Below are positions 1 to 14,588 of a stretch of DNA of 64,000 bases, piece after piece. Each line of letters starts with the position of its first letter. Position 1 is the stretch's first letter. The DNA lies in the NCBI RefSeq assembly GCF_006345805.1, contig NC_042999.1, forward strand, positions 16,678,001 through 16,742,000. The letters are read 5' to 3'. This stretch comes from Octopus sinensis. Taxonomy: Eukaryota. The notes beneath the pieces were generated by a model. That model searched no databases, was not told the DNA's origin, and saw nothing but the letters and a program-made list of their open reading frames with translations. A program made the translations under genes and the position numbers.

Positions 1-1423
1 AATTAAAAAAATTTTTATATTAATTCTTACTTTTTGTTATAACTATAGTTTAACCAGAGGACATCTATGATTTAGGAAACCAGTGATGAAAACCCATCAC
101 CATATCGTCCTTTTCTATATTATATACTACATTGTCCAATCAGTTTGTCCATGGAAATATCGGTTGGGAATGTTCTATCGTAGACTACTATGATATTTAG
201 ATGCTTTGATAAGTTTCGGCTAGTATTGGCCCACGCTATGTCTAGGTTGATACACATTTAAATGTGTTTCATATAAATCATGTTTTGAGTGCTACAGCCC
301 ATTCGAGTTGAGAGCTATTATTGGCTGAGATATATCCGGGGAAATTCTATTTTCACACGATATTTACAGAAAATATATATTTTGCACTCACTTATCATAT
401 TTCCGATTTATAAAAGCCATCTTGTATGTAACTATAAGTATGTTTTAAGTTCGTATTGTTCGGTAATCCAAATATACTGAAAGTAGAGTAAGATTTCTGT
501 CCAGCTCCATATAAATGAAATACATTGATATATTCTATACTCTCGTGTTTTTTTTTTTAACTAGTTTCCGTCGTTGCACTGCAACCATACAATGGTGCAA
601 CTTTTAAAGATTTCAGCCGTTCATATCGATTTCAGTTCTTAATGTATCGATTTATATTTATTGAAGTGACATATTTAATATTCTTATGCATCTCCTCTGC
701 ATATACCGATAAATGCAAGCATAGACGCGAGAAAATATGCACATGCGCACACGCACGCAACATAAGAACATGTATATCGGTTTTTGTAGTTCCCGCCTAC
801 CGAACTCTTCTCACAAAGTATTGGTTAATCTGTGGCTAGAGAAGAAGACATCAACTGGAGATGCGGTGTAGTCGGAGCGAACTTAAAACTGCACAGTCAC
901 AAAGCAAGCTTCTTTACGATCTAGCTGTGCGCATGCCATTTAAACTTATTTACTCTCCGTTTCGCAAATATACGAGTTGCTACATAGAAATTATATTCAC
1001 ATATGCATATATATATATATGTTTTTACGTCCTGTTTTTGTCACATCTTTTTCCTTGTTTTTACCCCTCTGCAAAGGAATTTTATTTAATTCTTTCACAG
1101 GAAGGACTAGTTCGTCGAGACGTGTTCTGTCCTCACCTTCGAAACACGCTGGAGTTGAACTAGGGACAGCTGATGAAGGGGATTCTTCCTTGTGTAGTTG
1201 TCTTGTACTCTGTTTTTTCGTTGTTAAAAAAATGCTCCGATCCATGCTGTTTTTACTTTTTCGTTTCTCGTTGAGTTCTACGTCTATTTGTGGTGTCCTG
1301 TAAACACGTATATATATATTTATATATGCATGTATATATACATGTAGATGTAGGTACGTACATATATGTTTGTATGTATGCATATATTTTATTTATTACA
1401 CTATATATATATATATTTATATC

Positions 1424-1785
1424 GCTTACCAACCACATATTTCTGGGTTCAGTCCCACTGCGTGGCACCTTACAATCAAGGCCTTGTGAGTGGATTTGGT
1501 AGTCGGGAAGTGAAAGAAGCTCGTCATATATATGTATATATATGCATGTGTGTGTGTGTATATTTATATATATGTCTGTGTGTGTGTGTATGTATATCTG
1601 TGTGTGTTTGTCCACTAACATCACTTGACAACCGATGCTGGAGTGTTTGCGTCCCCATAACCTAGCGGTTCTGCGAAGAGACCGATAGAAAAATACTAGG
1701 CTTACAAAGAATAAGTTCTGGGATCGATGATCCACTAAAGGCGCTGCTCTAGCATAGCCGCAGTCAATTGACTGAAACAAATAAA
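1424..1785 (+). mobile_element. tRNA-derived SINE family A, 5'-eroded copy with internal (TA)n/(TG)n tract
   Basis: B-box GGGTTCAGTCCC, body GCCTTGTGAGTGGATTTGGTAG..GAAAGAAGC, tail CGCAGTCAATTGACTGAAAC; matches about 12 other copies in the window. Confidence 0.85.
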
Positions 1786-1822
1786 TGTATAAGAGCATAT
1801 ATATATATATATATAAACGTTT

Positions 1823-1980
<158 letters not shown>

Positions 1981-3554
1981 AGATATAAAATGTAAGATGC
2001 GTGTTATTAATTCTGATCCAACAAACATTTTAGGAAATCGCGTTCTACCATATGCAAATTTAACGAATTTTGTTTATGGCTTGGCTCCCATGTTTACCCA
2101 TTCTATTTACCTCTTGCTTGAATATTTCTAAGCAACGGCACTGAGAAATATATGTGGTAATAATAATATATTCTGCAATATTACGCACGGTTGAAAGTAG
2201 GCTCTTTAAGAAATACGTGATTATTAATGACTTGACTATTTCTCATTGAGTTGTTAGACTTTTTTTTGGTTTTTGAAAAATTTCCTGTTCGAAGTGGATA
2301 CATTCAAGAATTTTGGAAGCGATAACTCGCCAAATACATGCCCAATTACTCTAGATTCGTCAAGTACGTTCAATTAGATACTTAATGAATTTCTTAAAAC
2401 TGAATAAAGTATTTGGTGAAAGCAGCTGTGAAATAACTTGATTTATAAACAATGTTATTGATTGTTGTAAGCCATTGTTAAATACCCGTAATATTTAACA
2501 TGTAGTCGAGCATAATAGATAATAGATACGTTATAAGGTGATGAAAAGAAGAAGAAAGAAAATGGAAGAAAAACGTTTAGATACATATCGAATCACCTGA
2601 TGTGTATGATATTTGCATAAAACATAATAACTCATGTGTTTAATAAACGTAAAATATGGTTCTCACAAGCTTAGCCATATTTCGTAACAAAAGTGGTTAC
2701 CTCCTCCACCCAAAAGATAATTCCACGAACAGATTAATACAATAAATTAACATTGCGTTAATGATTCGATAGTAATTAACACTAAACATATAAATTTATA
2801 ATTACATTGAATAATCTCAGCAACACTGGCTGCAGAAAATGTCGCAGATGAGAAAATCTGAGGTGGTAGGTTAAGATATTGTTTGTATCTTACGCCGTTT
2901 ATTTCTTTTGCTAGCATCACGTATACATATAAATACTTAAATAGTTCGGTTTCGATCTTACGTCACAAAATCTTAGGCAAATATCTTGCAGAACAGACTT
3001 AGTTTATATAAAAAATGAAACAATGAATTATGAGGGTCAGTGACTTAGTGGGCTGTGGTTTTGCTCTCACGATCGTAGAGCTGTGATTTCGATTCGTGGA
3101 CAGGGTGGTGATTGGCGTTCTGGAGTAAAACACTTTCAGAAACAGGTGGTAAGTTAATCCTGGACAGACCATCGTTACATTCAAATGTTGGTGTGTTGTA
3201 ACCTCAGTCACTTATACGTTGTGAAAGCTAGGCTAAACTCTTGTCATATGAGTCCTAGGCCTTAAAACAAGCAACATTCTATGTAATATAGTGAACGAGC
3301 TCATCTGACAAACTGCGCCTGTTATTTACATGGCCAGTGCTGCCACACACTACCTCACAACAATTTTATTAAGTGTGGCTTATATTAAGTGTGGCTTTTA
3401 GTTTGGGGCCCTAAATTGCCTGAGAGATTCGTTGAAGTGCCTTCGAGACCTATGGTGAGCCCTAGACTTTTAAAGGCAGGTAGAATCCATCCCTGTCTGG
3501 GCTTGAACACAATATATTTCTGACAGTTTATACGTGTATATGCCGATATGTGTG

Positions 3555-3597
<43 letters not shown>

Positions 3598-4350
3598 ATG
3601 GAGGTCTCTATGTGTGCGCATGTGTGTGAAAGAGAGGGAGATATCGATCTTAGTACTTGCTTGATAATTTATTCATCGGCTTTGGAACGATGCAAAGATG
3701 ACCTCGACAAAATTTGGAACCAACACTAGAAAATTGTCTATCCGATGCTCTGCTAATCGACCTCCAATATTCAGTGTACAAGAATCTGTAAAATATTCGT
3801 CTACTTATGGTACAATTAACTGAATGATAATGGCATTGATAGAATATAATTAAGTTCACGTCAATACCATAAGCATTGCTTAAACAAAGCAATGAAAAAC
3901 CCTCTACGCTGTTGCGCGACTAGTTAGGTATTACAGCTAAAGATGATATGTACTTTTCCAGTATATCAGATTGAGGGTAATACGTTGACGGAATGTGAAC
4001 GGCAAATCACCACAAGTGTGTGTCAAACGAATTTTAATGTACCTTACGACTTTTATTGTGCCAAACCAAATTTATTGCTACATGCTAACCTTAGTAGCTA
4101 TTATATTTACAGTTGTCTATTACAACTGGTAGCAAACTGAGAGCTTTATAAGCAGTTAGAATGGAAGAGAAGTGATACTCATTTTGTAGGAGCCGAATGT
4201 GGGGGGTTTCAAGAGAACTTCGGGTCCACAACTTTGCTCAATACACAGTTAAAAACTTCGGTCATCGTACTAGCAAGAAGGTTGGTGCTTGTCGTCGATA
4301 ATTTAATTGGAGAAGCACAAGATTTTCCGATTCATAATATATCATTTATT

Positions 4351-4566
4351 TTTTTGTTTCAGTCATTTGACTGCGGCAATGCTGGAGAAACGCCTTTAGT
4401 AGAACAAATCGACCCCAGGATTTATTCTTTGTAAGCCTAGTACTTATTCTATCGGTATCTTTGCCGAACTGCTAAGTTATGGGGGCGTAAACACACCAGC
4501 ATCGGTTGTCAAGCGATGTTGGCGGGGTGCAAACACAGACACAAACATAACACACACACGCACACA

Positions 4567-4597
<31 letters not shown>

Positions 4598-4780
4598 CGC
4601 ATATATATATATATACGATGAGCTTCTTTCAGTTTCTGTCTACCAAATCCACTCACAAGGCTTTGGTTGGCTCGAGGTTATAGTAGAAGGCACTTGCCCA
4701 AGGTACCGCGCAGTGGGACTGAACCCGGAACCATGTGGTCCATAAGCAAGCTACTTACCACACAGCCACTCCTACGCCTA
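4351..4780 (-). mobile_element. SINE family A, full length
   Basis: Reverse complement of the family A head (TAGGAGTGGCTGTGTGGTAAGTAGCTTGC), body and tail. Confidence 0.9.
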
Positions 4781-5103
4781 TTCACGACAAATATAATTTC
4801 ATGTGACTCCGTCGAGCAGGTCAGTACTAAATCTAGCGTCAATGAAGATCAGTAGAGATCAATCGATTCTGCATGTTTTTTATGCTGGAGCCATTGCTGT
4901 GAATCTTACAAATGTTATCCAGTGTCGGTGCATTAACCCTTTTCTGCATTTATGTAAAACAACTGTTATCAAGTCCATAACAGATCCAGCTATGCCTCAT
5001 AAAGATCAATCTTCCGATATGTTTTGGGCTCGGACCTTTTGAAGACTGAGTGATCCGCAGTCTGTGGACGACCTCCGATATCAGGGGTTCTGTACCAACC
5101 ATA

Positions 5104-5326
5104 TACTCTTTTACTCTTTTACTTGTTTCAGTGATTTAATTGCGGCCATGCTGGAGCATCGCCTTTAATCGAGCAAATCGACCCCAGGACTCATTCTTTG
5201 TAAGCCTAGTACTTATTCTATCGGTTTCTTTTGCCGACCCGCTAAGTTATGGGGACGTAAACACACCAGCATCGGTTGTCAAGCGATGATGGGGGACAAA
5301 CGCAGACACACAAACACACACACAAA

Positions 5327-5383
<57 letters not shown>

Positions 5384-5553
5384 GTATATATACGACGGGC
5401 TTCTTTCAGTTTCCGTCTACCAGATCCACTCACAAGGATTTGGTCGGCCCGAGGCTATAGTAGAAGACATTTGCTCAAGGTGCCACGCAGTGGGACTGAA
5501 TCCCAACCATGTCGTTCGAAAGCAAGCTACTTACCTCACAGCCACTCCTTGCG
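5104..5553 (-). mobile_element. SINE family A, full length
   Basis: Same consensus; 3' (TAAAAGAG)n tail at 5104-5122. Confidence 0.9.
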
Positions 5554-5667
5554 CTTTATCTCATCTCCCAATTCTTTCCATTTCTTTCCATCTTTATGTA
5601 AAACCCTTCTCAAGTTTTACACTCTCCCTGTAAATAATGATATCATCATCATTATCATCATCAAGCC

Positions 5668-5830
5668 AGTGAGCTGGCAGAATTGTTAGCATGCCAGGTA
5701 AAATGCCTGGCATTTCGTCCGTTTTTACGCGCTGTAATCATCAATAAAATAAGTACCAATCAAGGACTGAGATTGGTGTACTCGACTTACCTTTCTCTTA
5801 AACTTGTTGATCTTGTGCCAAAATTTGAAA
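5668..5830 (+). mobile_element. tRNA-derived SINE family B, degenerate
   Basis: GAGCTGGCAGAATTGTTAGCATGCCAGG head and ATAAAATAAGTACCA body. Confidence 0.6.
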
Positions 5831-5841
5831 CAATTATTATT

Positions 5842-6634
5842 GAGTGAGAGAGCAGTGCATGCCATCAAATTGATACTGGGTAAAATATACGAAGCCCGGT
5901 ATACACATCTTGACTACCCGTCTGATAAGGGTACACTAGGCACATGCATTACAACCATATGTGCGCGACATGATTTTATATCAAGGTAAACAGCACATGA
6001 AGTTGCGGGTGAGGGCCCAGTTAGAATTTTCTTCAGGTCGAGTAGCCCATCCTGCTCAAAAGGTTCCTGAATAAGGGTTGTTTAAGGATGTTGAACAAAA
6101 CACCCATGTTTCCAGACGTAAGTTATTCAAACTCTAAAGAATCCCTCTCAACAAACGGCTATGATGCTCCCCCACTACTTCTGCTCGTGATCAGAGATGC
6201 ACAAATCGTCAGCCTCTAAGGGACATGCTCAACTGGTTAAGGTCAAACAACTGACAAGCAAATCTGTGGTATTGAGTAGAATATTTGCTGTTTTTGTTTT
6301 GTTTTTGTTTTTTGTTTTTCCAGTTCATCTTGGCTTGGCCATGCCTGGGCACCGCCATTGTGGTGAAGAGTACAGCAGGGATCACCACCCCCTGCCGGAG
6401 CCTCGTAGAGCTTTTAGGTGTTTTCGCTCAATAAACACACACAACGCCCGGTCTGAGAATCGAAACCGCGATCCTGCGACCGCGAGTCCGCTGCCCTAAC
6501 CACTAGGCCATTGCGCCTCCACCATTGCGCTGTAGCCCATCTTTTATACCAAGACAAAACAATGTACATGATAACACTTCCAATCAGTAAAAATCAGAAG
6601 CCATGAGAGCCACTGCCTAGTACTGCATCAGGAC

Positions 6635-6645
<11 letters not shown>
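5842..6645 (-). mobile_element. Unclassified non-coding element D (about 560 bp), interrupted by a family C SINE
   Basis: Reverse complement of the 9131-10240 copy; abuts an (ATT)n tract at 6640-6720. Confidence 0.8.
6293..6522 (-). mobile_element. SINE family C head with a family-A-like 3' tail, inserted in element D
   Basis: Head GGAGGCGCAATGGCCTAGTGGTTAGGGCAGCGG, B-box GGTTTCGATTC; GCTGT duplicated at both junctions. Confidence 0.8.
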
Positions 6646-6697
<52 letters not shown>

Positions 6698-7021
6698 CAT
6701 CATTATTATCATTATTATCATTATATGAAAACTCACAGGCTTATTTTGCTTGGTATGATGGAAATTGTCAGCGTTCCACAGCCAGCGGACTAAGGTGACA
6801 CTTATTTACTGGTTATGCTTCAAGAACCCTCCGAAGAATTTTTGCAGTTCCATGGAATGCTGATTTTTATAGGTGTACTACCTTCACACTTTCACCAATC
6901 CTTTTCAGCCATGTTGGTAGTTGAGTGCTGATACCTCAAAGTTCACCAATTACTATTGGTATCACGTCCACTTTTTCATTCACTGCCACCTTCATATTTC
7001 CCCACTTCAAACCGTCCTAGT

Positions 7022-7224
7022 TGTTTCTTTCTTCTTCTTCTTCTTCTTCTTCTTCTTCTTCTTCTTCTTCTTCTTCTTCTTCTTCTTCTTCTTCTTTCTT
7101 CTTCTTCTTCTTATTCTTCTTCTTCTTTCTTCTTCTTCTTCTTCTTCTTCATCTACCACCAGCAGCAGCAGCAGCAACAGCACCACCACCACCACCACCA
7201 CCACCACCACCACTACTACTACTA

Positions 7225-7288
<64 letters not shown>

Positions 7289-7325
7289 ACAATCATCATC
7301 ACCATCATCATGAATATTATTATTA

Positions 7326-7372
<47 letters not shown>

Positions 7373-7445
7373 TTGTTTTTTTTGTTCTTGTTGGTGTAGT
7401 TGTTATCATTATCATCATCATTGTCGTCGTCGTCATCATTACGAT
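7022..7445. repeat. Compound trinucleotide array (CTT)n-(CAG/CAA)n-(CAC)n-(TAC)n-(TGC)n-(ATC)n-(ATT)n
   Basis: Direct reading. Confidence 0.97.
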
Positions 7446-8957
7446 TACTGAGTCTTTTTAAAAATATATTGTTGCGGTTGTCGTTGGTAGTGTTGTTGAT
7501 GTTGACATAATGTAGCTGTCGGTCAACTTAGACCGAGCAGAGCTCTAACATGTCAATCAACAACCAAGAGCGATTCATAACTCATTCTCTCCAGATACAC
7601 CACATTCCTATTTGAGAATCAACATGGCAGTCACCTCATATGACATCTACGTAGACACGCTAGTTAGGTCCCACTATAACACTGCCTTCCAAGCTGCTGT
7701 TACTCCACCGATGACTGCTCTTAGGATTTGATGGTGCCAGATATTTGTTTATTCCATCCATGGCTTTCTCAAAACGTTGGTTTAAAGATTTAATTCTTTT
7801 TTTTTCGCTATTTGCTCTATTTGAATATGTATAGCGAAAGCGAGGGAAAGAATGAGAGTATAAGATGGATAAATAGATAGAGAAAGAGAGAAAGAGAGAT
7901 GGGGAGAGAGAGTAGGAGAGCAGAATAAATAGCGAATGATGTGAAGAAAGCAAAGCAGTAAATCGGTCCTACTAAATATAAACATTTCACACACGTACAT
8001 TGAGCCTTAACATCCGAAATATAACTAATACCGTATTCATACTTTATTAGCATAGTTGTTTCCGATTATCGTTCCTGAAAATCCATCTTTTGTAATATAA
8101 ATAGGAAATCTTTTCATATAACAATTCTTATTTATTTGATAATATTTATGCGCTATTCCCTTCCATTTGGAATTTGACATTCTTAATGCAGCGCTTTGTT
8201 TCGGTTACACTCACACACGTGTACAATCCGCCATTGTTTAACCGAACAAATACGTCCGTTTGATTGTTTCATTTGAAGTATTTATGTATAGAGCTTAACT
8301 TAATCTGTCACAACCATCTGCGTATTCTGTTGTTTATACTCTGTATTCATATACACCTTCAATTGCTTTATCTTTCCTTATCATGTGTATTCTTTTGTTT
8401 GAGAACAACAGAATTCCCCCATTTAATTTGCATTCGAGGCAAAACGGGAACAACGCTCTCGTAAAACAAAACCACATTTTTTTTTATCCATAAGAAAATC
8501 TCCTTAGAATTAAAGTATCTTAAATGTCCAAAAGCCTGTCTTTAACGCATTTCATGTATTTTTTTTATGTCTTTGTAGTGAGGGAATTACAAAACCATTT
8601 CTATCTTAATCAATAGTGAGCAATATGATTTGTAAGACTCTTTACGGAAAATAACCTTTAAAAAATCTCTGCTTCTTTTCGATGCATGACAAATGCTATC
8701 AATAAAACACCAATAATAATAACAGTACCAAAATTAATAGTTTGTAGCATCGCCACAAGTACTTCGCATTGGAAGCAGCCTATGCAGGCGAATAAATCAA
8801 GCTAAGTACTTGATTGGTATTAATATTACATGGCACTGGAAATGTGAAACACGAAGGGACTCAGGTAGAATTTGAATTACTGACATAAAGAGATGCAATT
8901 AAATACTGGTTTATATTTTTTATCGTGATTCTACCGATTCTGCCATTGCAGTACGCT

Positions 8958-8968
8958 AAATAATAATA

Positions 8969-9005
<37 letters not shown>

Positions 9006-9034
9006 GGATGATAATGGTGATGGTGATGATAATG

Positions 9035-9087
<53 letters not shown>

Positions 9088-9128
9088 TTTAATAATAATA
9101 ATAATAATAATAATAATATTAATAATAG
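8958..9128. repeat. Compound (AAT)n/(GAT)n microsatellite
   Basis: Direct reading. Confidence 0.97.
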
Positions 9129-9130
9129 AT

Positions 9131-10240
<1,110 letters not shown>

Positions 10241-10334
10241 TAATCATTTCAACTAAAGGCACAAGGCCTGAAATTAAGAGGAGGGAGATAATCGATTACA
10301 TAAACTGGTACTTGTTTTAGCAATACTACTACTA

Positions 10335-10535
10335 ACAATATTCCTGTAGTTATAGGCGCATTAGGAACTATCTCTAAAGATTTGAAGAGATGGATGGAGG
10401 AAATGAGCATAAAATCAGTGTTACTGGAGCTGGCTAGGATAATTCAACTCTAAGGTTACTTCTTCCAGCCCGATGTTAGGAATTTTTACGTTTCAAGTTG
10501 TCCAATCTGTTGTCCGTATTTGGTATAATAACAAC
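10335..10535 (+). mobile_element. R4/Dong-like RLE non-LTR retrotransposon, 3' end fragment
   Basis: Translates NIPVVIGALGTISKDLKRWMEEMSIKSVLLELARII, the typical RLE C-terminus; followed by (ACA)n/(ATA)n. Confidence 0.65.
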
Positions 10536-10714
10536 AGCAACAACAGCAACAACAACAACAGCAACAACAACAACAATAATAATAATAGTAATGATAATGA
10601 TAATGTTGATGATGATGATGATAATATTGGTTTCCTTGTTTAAAACTGCTGAGCACTTTGTTACTATTATATTACGATATTTCCGGGAAAGCAATGATGA
10701 CGGGTAAAACACTT

Positions 10715-10750
<36 letters not shown>

Positions 10751-10775
10751 TCCTTTAATGGTACTACTACTACTG

Positions 10776-10806
<31 letters not shown>

Positions 10807-10827
10807 CCTTTAATGGTACTACTACTG

Positions 10828-10859
<32 letters not shown>

Positions 10860-10995
10860 GCTACTACTACTATACTACTACTACTTCTACTACTACTACT
10901 ACTGCTACCGCTACCGCTGCTGCTGCTGCTTCTGCTCTCCGTTGTTTACTCTAATGTCTCTTTTGACACCTGACATTATTGACACCACTAACACA

Positions 10996-11031
<36 letters not shown>

Positions 11032-11065
11032 GCTACTGCTACTACTACTACTACTACTACTACTA
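10715..11065. repeat. (TAC)n/(TGC)n microsatellite blocks with a duplicated CCTTTAATGGTA interruption
   Basis: Direct reading. Confidence 0.95.
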
Positions 11066-11559
11066 GACGCTCAATGTTTGCTAAAAGTCAAGGCTGTATA
11101 TTCAGAGAAATGAAATAAAATGAAATGAAATAAATAAATAAATAAAATAATATCTGGTAAAATTTTGTCTCGCTTCTGGCCTGGTGCCAATGTTAAGAAA
11201 TCGATATTTCGTCCTGTCTAAGACGCTAGAATGGCAGAAATGGTAAAGCAACGGACTAAATGCCTTACAGAATTTAGTTCTGTGTAAGAAATCAATAATT
11301 TGCTTCGTCTCCAAGATATGATTTTTCTTCTTCTTTTTATTATAGTGAGAAATGAATGCCATGAACGTGGTTTAGACAGTGCTGTCATGGACAAGAGGGG
11401 ATTGGTCGAGTCGAAAGCTGACTTCGCATTTGTTCGTAACAGAATTTATCTCAGAGGTTCATTTTTGCTCTTTCATTTCTGCCAGAAGGTCGATGGTGGG
11501 GAGATAATGAATAACGTAATTAATTAAAATAATTATTGTTAATCTTATTGTCTTTTACT

Positions 11560-11834
11560 GTGTTTTGGCCATTGGACTGTGTGCGACCTGATGGAGCATC
11601 GGATCAAAGGGTTTCGTTGAAGAAACTGAACCCGGTATTTAGATTTTTTAAAATTTAAGGTTTGCTAATTATTTTACCGAACGCTTTTGCCGAACCGCTA
11701 AGTTTAAAGCAAAGTGAATTGTCTTCTGCTGGGGCTGGGACAAACACAAGCACACACACTACGCATACATACTCACACACGTATAGACACACATGTGTAT
11801 GTATGTGTGTGTGTACACAACATGTACATGTATG

Positions 11835-11879
<45 letters not shown>

Positions 11880-12005
11880 TATATATATAAGAGAGGCTTC
11901 TATACAGTTTCCTTCTACCAATTTACTCATAAGGCATGGGCAGTGCAGAACTATAGTCGAAGGGACTTGCCTAAGTTGCAGCGCAGGGGAGCTGAAGGTG
12001 TTACC
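11560..12005 (-). mobile_element. SINE family A, old degenerate copy
   Basis: TTTTGCCGAACCGCTAAGTT and TTCTATACAGTTTCCTTCTACCAATTTACTCATAAGGC match the family A reverse complement. Confidence 0.6.
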
Positions 12006-12153
12006 TTTTTATTTACAAAGTAGTCTTTGGAGTAATAAACCCAAATTTCTTTTGTTTCATGCTTATAGTGTTTGAACCACCACGAAGAACGAGTAAGTTG
12101 ATAGTTTATCGGTTAAAAGGAGAAAGAGAAAGAAAGGAGAGGCATAATATATA

Positions 12154-12199
<46 letters not shown>

Positions 12200-12203
12200 T
12201 AGC

Positions 12204-13455
12204 TTGTCTTGGAAGTTCTGAGCGTTTTGTAAGATGCAAAAATGGATATAAATAACTGACCTTTTAATAACTTTTATTCAATGAAATACATTCCATTATT
12301 ATTAATGACCTTTGCTCATCTATCAGGCAATTTAAATATTTCATCGACATAAAACTTTACTGTTTTTGAAGAAGAATAAAAGGTATCAAGATGCCTTTTG
12401 ACTCCATCTATATCGTTTGCAATGAGTCCTGTACAGACAAAAAACAAGCAATATCTGGGGGATATGGTGGATGTGATAAGGGATCCCAACCATGTTCATG
12501 TAACTTTGGTCGGGTAGCCAAAGACACATGTAGTCTGGCATTGTCTAGATGGAACACTACCCCTTTACTTTTGGCAAACTCCTTCCTCAATTCTTTGATT
12601 TTTTTTTGTACAAATAAGCCAGCTGACGACAATACACTCAGAATTAATGCTCTGGTTTTGTGGGAGAAGCTCATAATAAATAATGTCTTTATGATCCCAC
12701 CAATAACAAAGCATAGTTTTTTTGGCATGGATATTCATCTTTGGTTGCTGTTATAGGGGGATCCTTACACAAACTCTGGGTTCTTTTTCGTATTATGTTT
12801 TCGTACACAATCCATTTTTCATCGCCAGCCACAAGTTGTTTAAAAAATGCATGCTTTCATTCTGTTTCAAAACCACATCGCAAACGGAATACCGGTCCAA
12901 GCAAATCTTTTCTGAGAGTTTGTGAGGGACCCATACATTATAGCGAGAAATGTACCCTAGATTCTCTAGGTGTTAATGAGCCGTACTTTTAGAAACTTCT
13001 AAATCGTCTACAAGTTCTCTGGTCGTGATATTTGAGTTTTCATCGATTTTTGCCTTCAAAACATCTTCACCCAAATTTGAAGGTCTTCCACTGCGACTGT
13101 CATCTTCCAAGCTAAACTCTCCAGCTGGAAATTTTGCATACGGCCTTGGAACATTTGATTCATCTACAGCATCATCACCATAAACTTTACAAATATTTTT
13201 GCAAGTCTTTGCAGCATTTTCTTTAAAAAAAAAAACGAAAAATATTACAACGCGAATATGAAATTTTTGTTATCCATTTCAAATGTCAATAAAGGGTAAC
13301 CGGAATGAAAAATGAATCTATTTTATAGCCAGGAACAAAGAAGAGATGCAGTACCACTTCACGCAACGCCAAAGTTTTAACTGTGTTACATTTCAAGTGT
13401 GTTCAATGGAGCGTTAAAAGATTTAGCTTAAGAACGCTCGGAACTTTCCGGACAA
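12204..13455 (-). mobile_element. Near-full-length mariner DNA transposon, inactivated
   Basis: Imperfect TIRs of about 29 bp (TTGTCTTGGAAGTTCTGAGCGTT / AACGCTCGGAACTTTCCGGACAA), 1.25 kb; frameshifted motifs EDDSRSGRP, WVPHKL, LVAGDEKWIVY, HLDNAR, HPPYPPDIA; the third catalytic Asp region is deleted. Confidence 0.9.
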
Positions 13456-13493
13456 TAAATAAATAAATAAATATGTATATATATATATATTAG

Positions 13494-13868
13494 CTTCAAG
13501 GTTCATCCAAGACTGGGACCACGGGCCATACGTACCCTGCCCAATTCAAGATCACAGCATACATGTACACTGCAACATAATTTCTTTTCCTCAACAGGCC
13601 CTGCCCTATTTAACATTGTCCCGAAAGAGATCAAAGAGGAAAAGGATCCCATCAAATTTAAACGGAGTCTGGATAGATTCCTTCAAAGAATACCAGATAA
13701 GCCACCTATAATTGGATACAACTCACCCAACAAAAACTCACTACTTGAATGGACCATAAACAAAACTTGACTTAAACAGGATTCAAATAATCCTATCAGG
13801 TGGTGCTATTAAGTTAGACATGGCCTGGACCAATCTTTGGTCGAAACATATCTAAGTTAATCTAAGTT
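13494..13868 (+). mobile_element. CR1-group LINE, 5'-truncated 3' end
   Basis: Translates FFSSTGPALFNIVPKEIKEEKDPIKFKRSLDRFLQRIPDKPPIIGYNSPNKNSLLEW*; 3' UTR hairpin GACC-AATCTTT-GGTC and terminal TCTAAGTT repeats; embedded in (TA)n. Confidence 0.8.
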
Positions 13869-14325
13869 TATATATATATATATATATTTTTAAATTTTAT
13901 TTATTAGGGAATAAAAATTCCAGCATGACAGGGGTTCAAATTATTCTCAAAGAGGAAATAAATGTTATTTAGAGATAGTAGTCCCCATCATCACACCATA
14001 TAAAAGAATTTTAATTTAATACTTACTACTAATTTCTCTGCTACACGTGTTTCTTGAAGTTCTTTTACGGTTCCTTAAGCACGCAGTGTTTTACAGGAAC
14101 ATTTCTTAAAATGTAACCCCAATCATCAGGCCTCTAAATAACGTTATCATAGTTCGATACCAAATACTATATTTTAATTTTAACAGATAAGTATGTGTAT
14201 ATATGTATTAAGTAAATACATTTGGAGGTTAAAGTCGAAAGAAATCAATTATGAATTAAAGTGGGATATAATAAGTAAAACGAAATCGTATGAAAGTGGA
14301 AATAGGTAATGTCTGCTATGTACCC

Positions 14326-14360
<35 letters not shown>

Positions 14361-14588
14361 CGCTAAAGTTTGCAGTCAGACCTTTCTTAGATAACATCCT
14401 ACTTCAATTCTGGGATAAGTTAGACGGTGCTTTCCTCCATACAATATCTGGTGAAATATAAGGTTTTATCACACTTTTATCATTATTCTACTTGATTAGG
14501 ACTAATCTGGAGCTAGATAACTCTCAAGTGCATTATTCGAAAACACTCTGTAATTCGTGTTCTCACCCTCGTTAGTAAAGTCAGAACA

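Noticed and set aside
1080-1310. Hammerhead-like pieces CCTTC-GAAAC..CTGATGA-AGG; related repeat at 58790-58960 (-)
   Set aside because: Stems I and III could not be closed and the second copy lacks the core; probably a Penelope terminal fragment, but no ribozyme is supported
4190-4280. Possible + strand exon (TTTTGTAG / GTTGGT; SRMWGVSRELRVHNFAQYTVKNFGHRTSKK)
   Set aside because: Peptide not recognised and such splice-like pairs arise by chance; needs RNA-seq
7660-7817. Possible - strand terminal exon (ANSEKKRIKSLNQRFEKAMDGINKYL..GPN*)
   Set aside because: No recognisable homology and no phase-compatible upstream exon found
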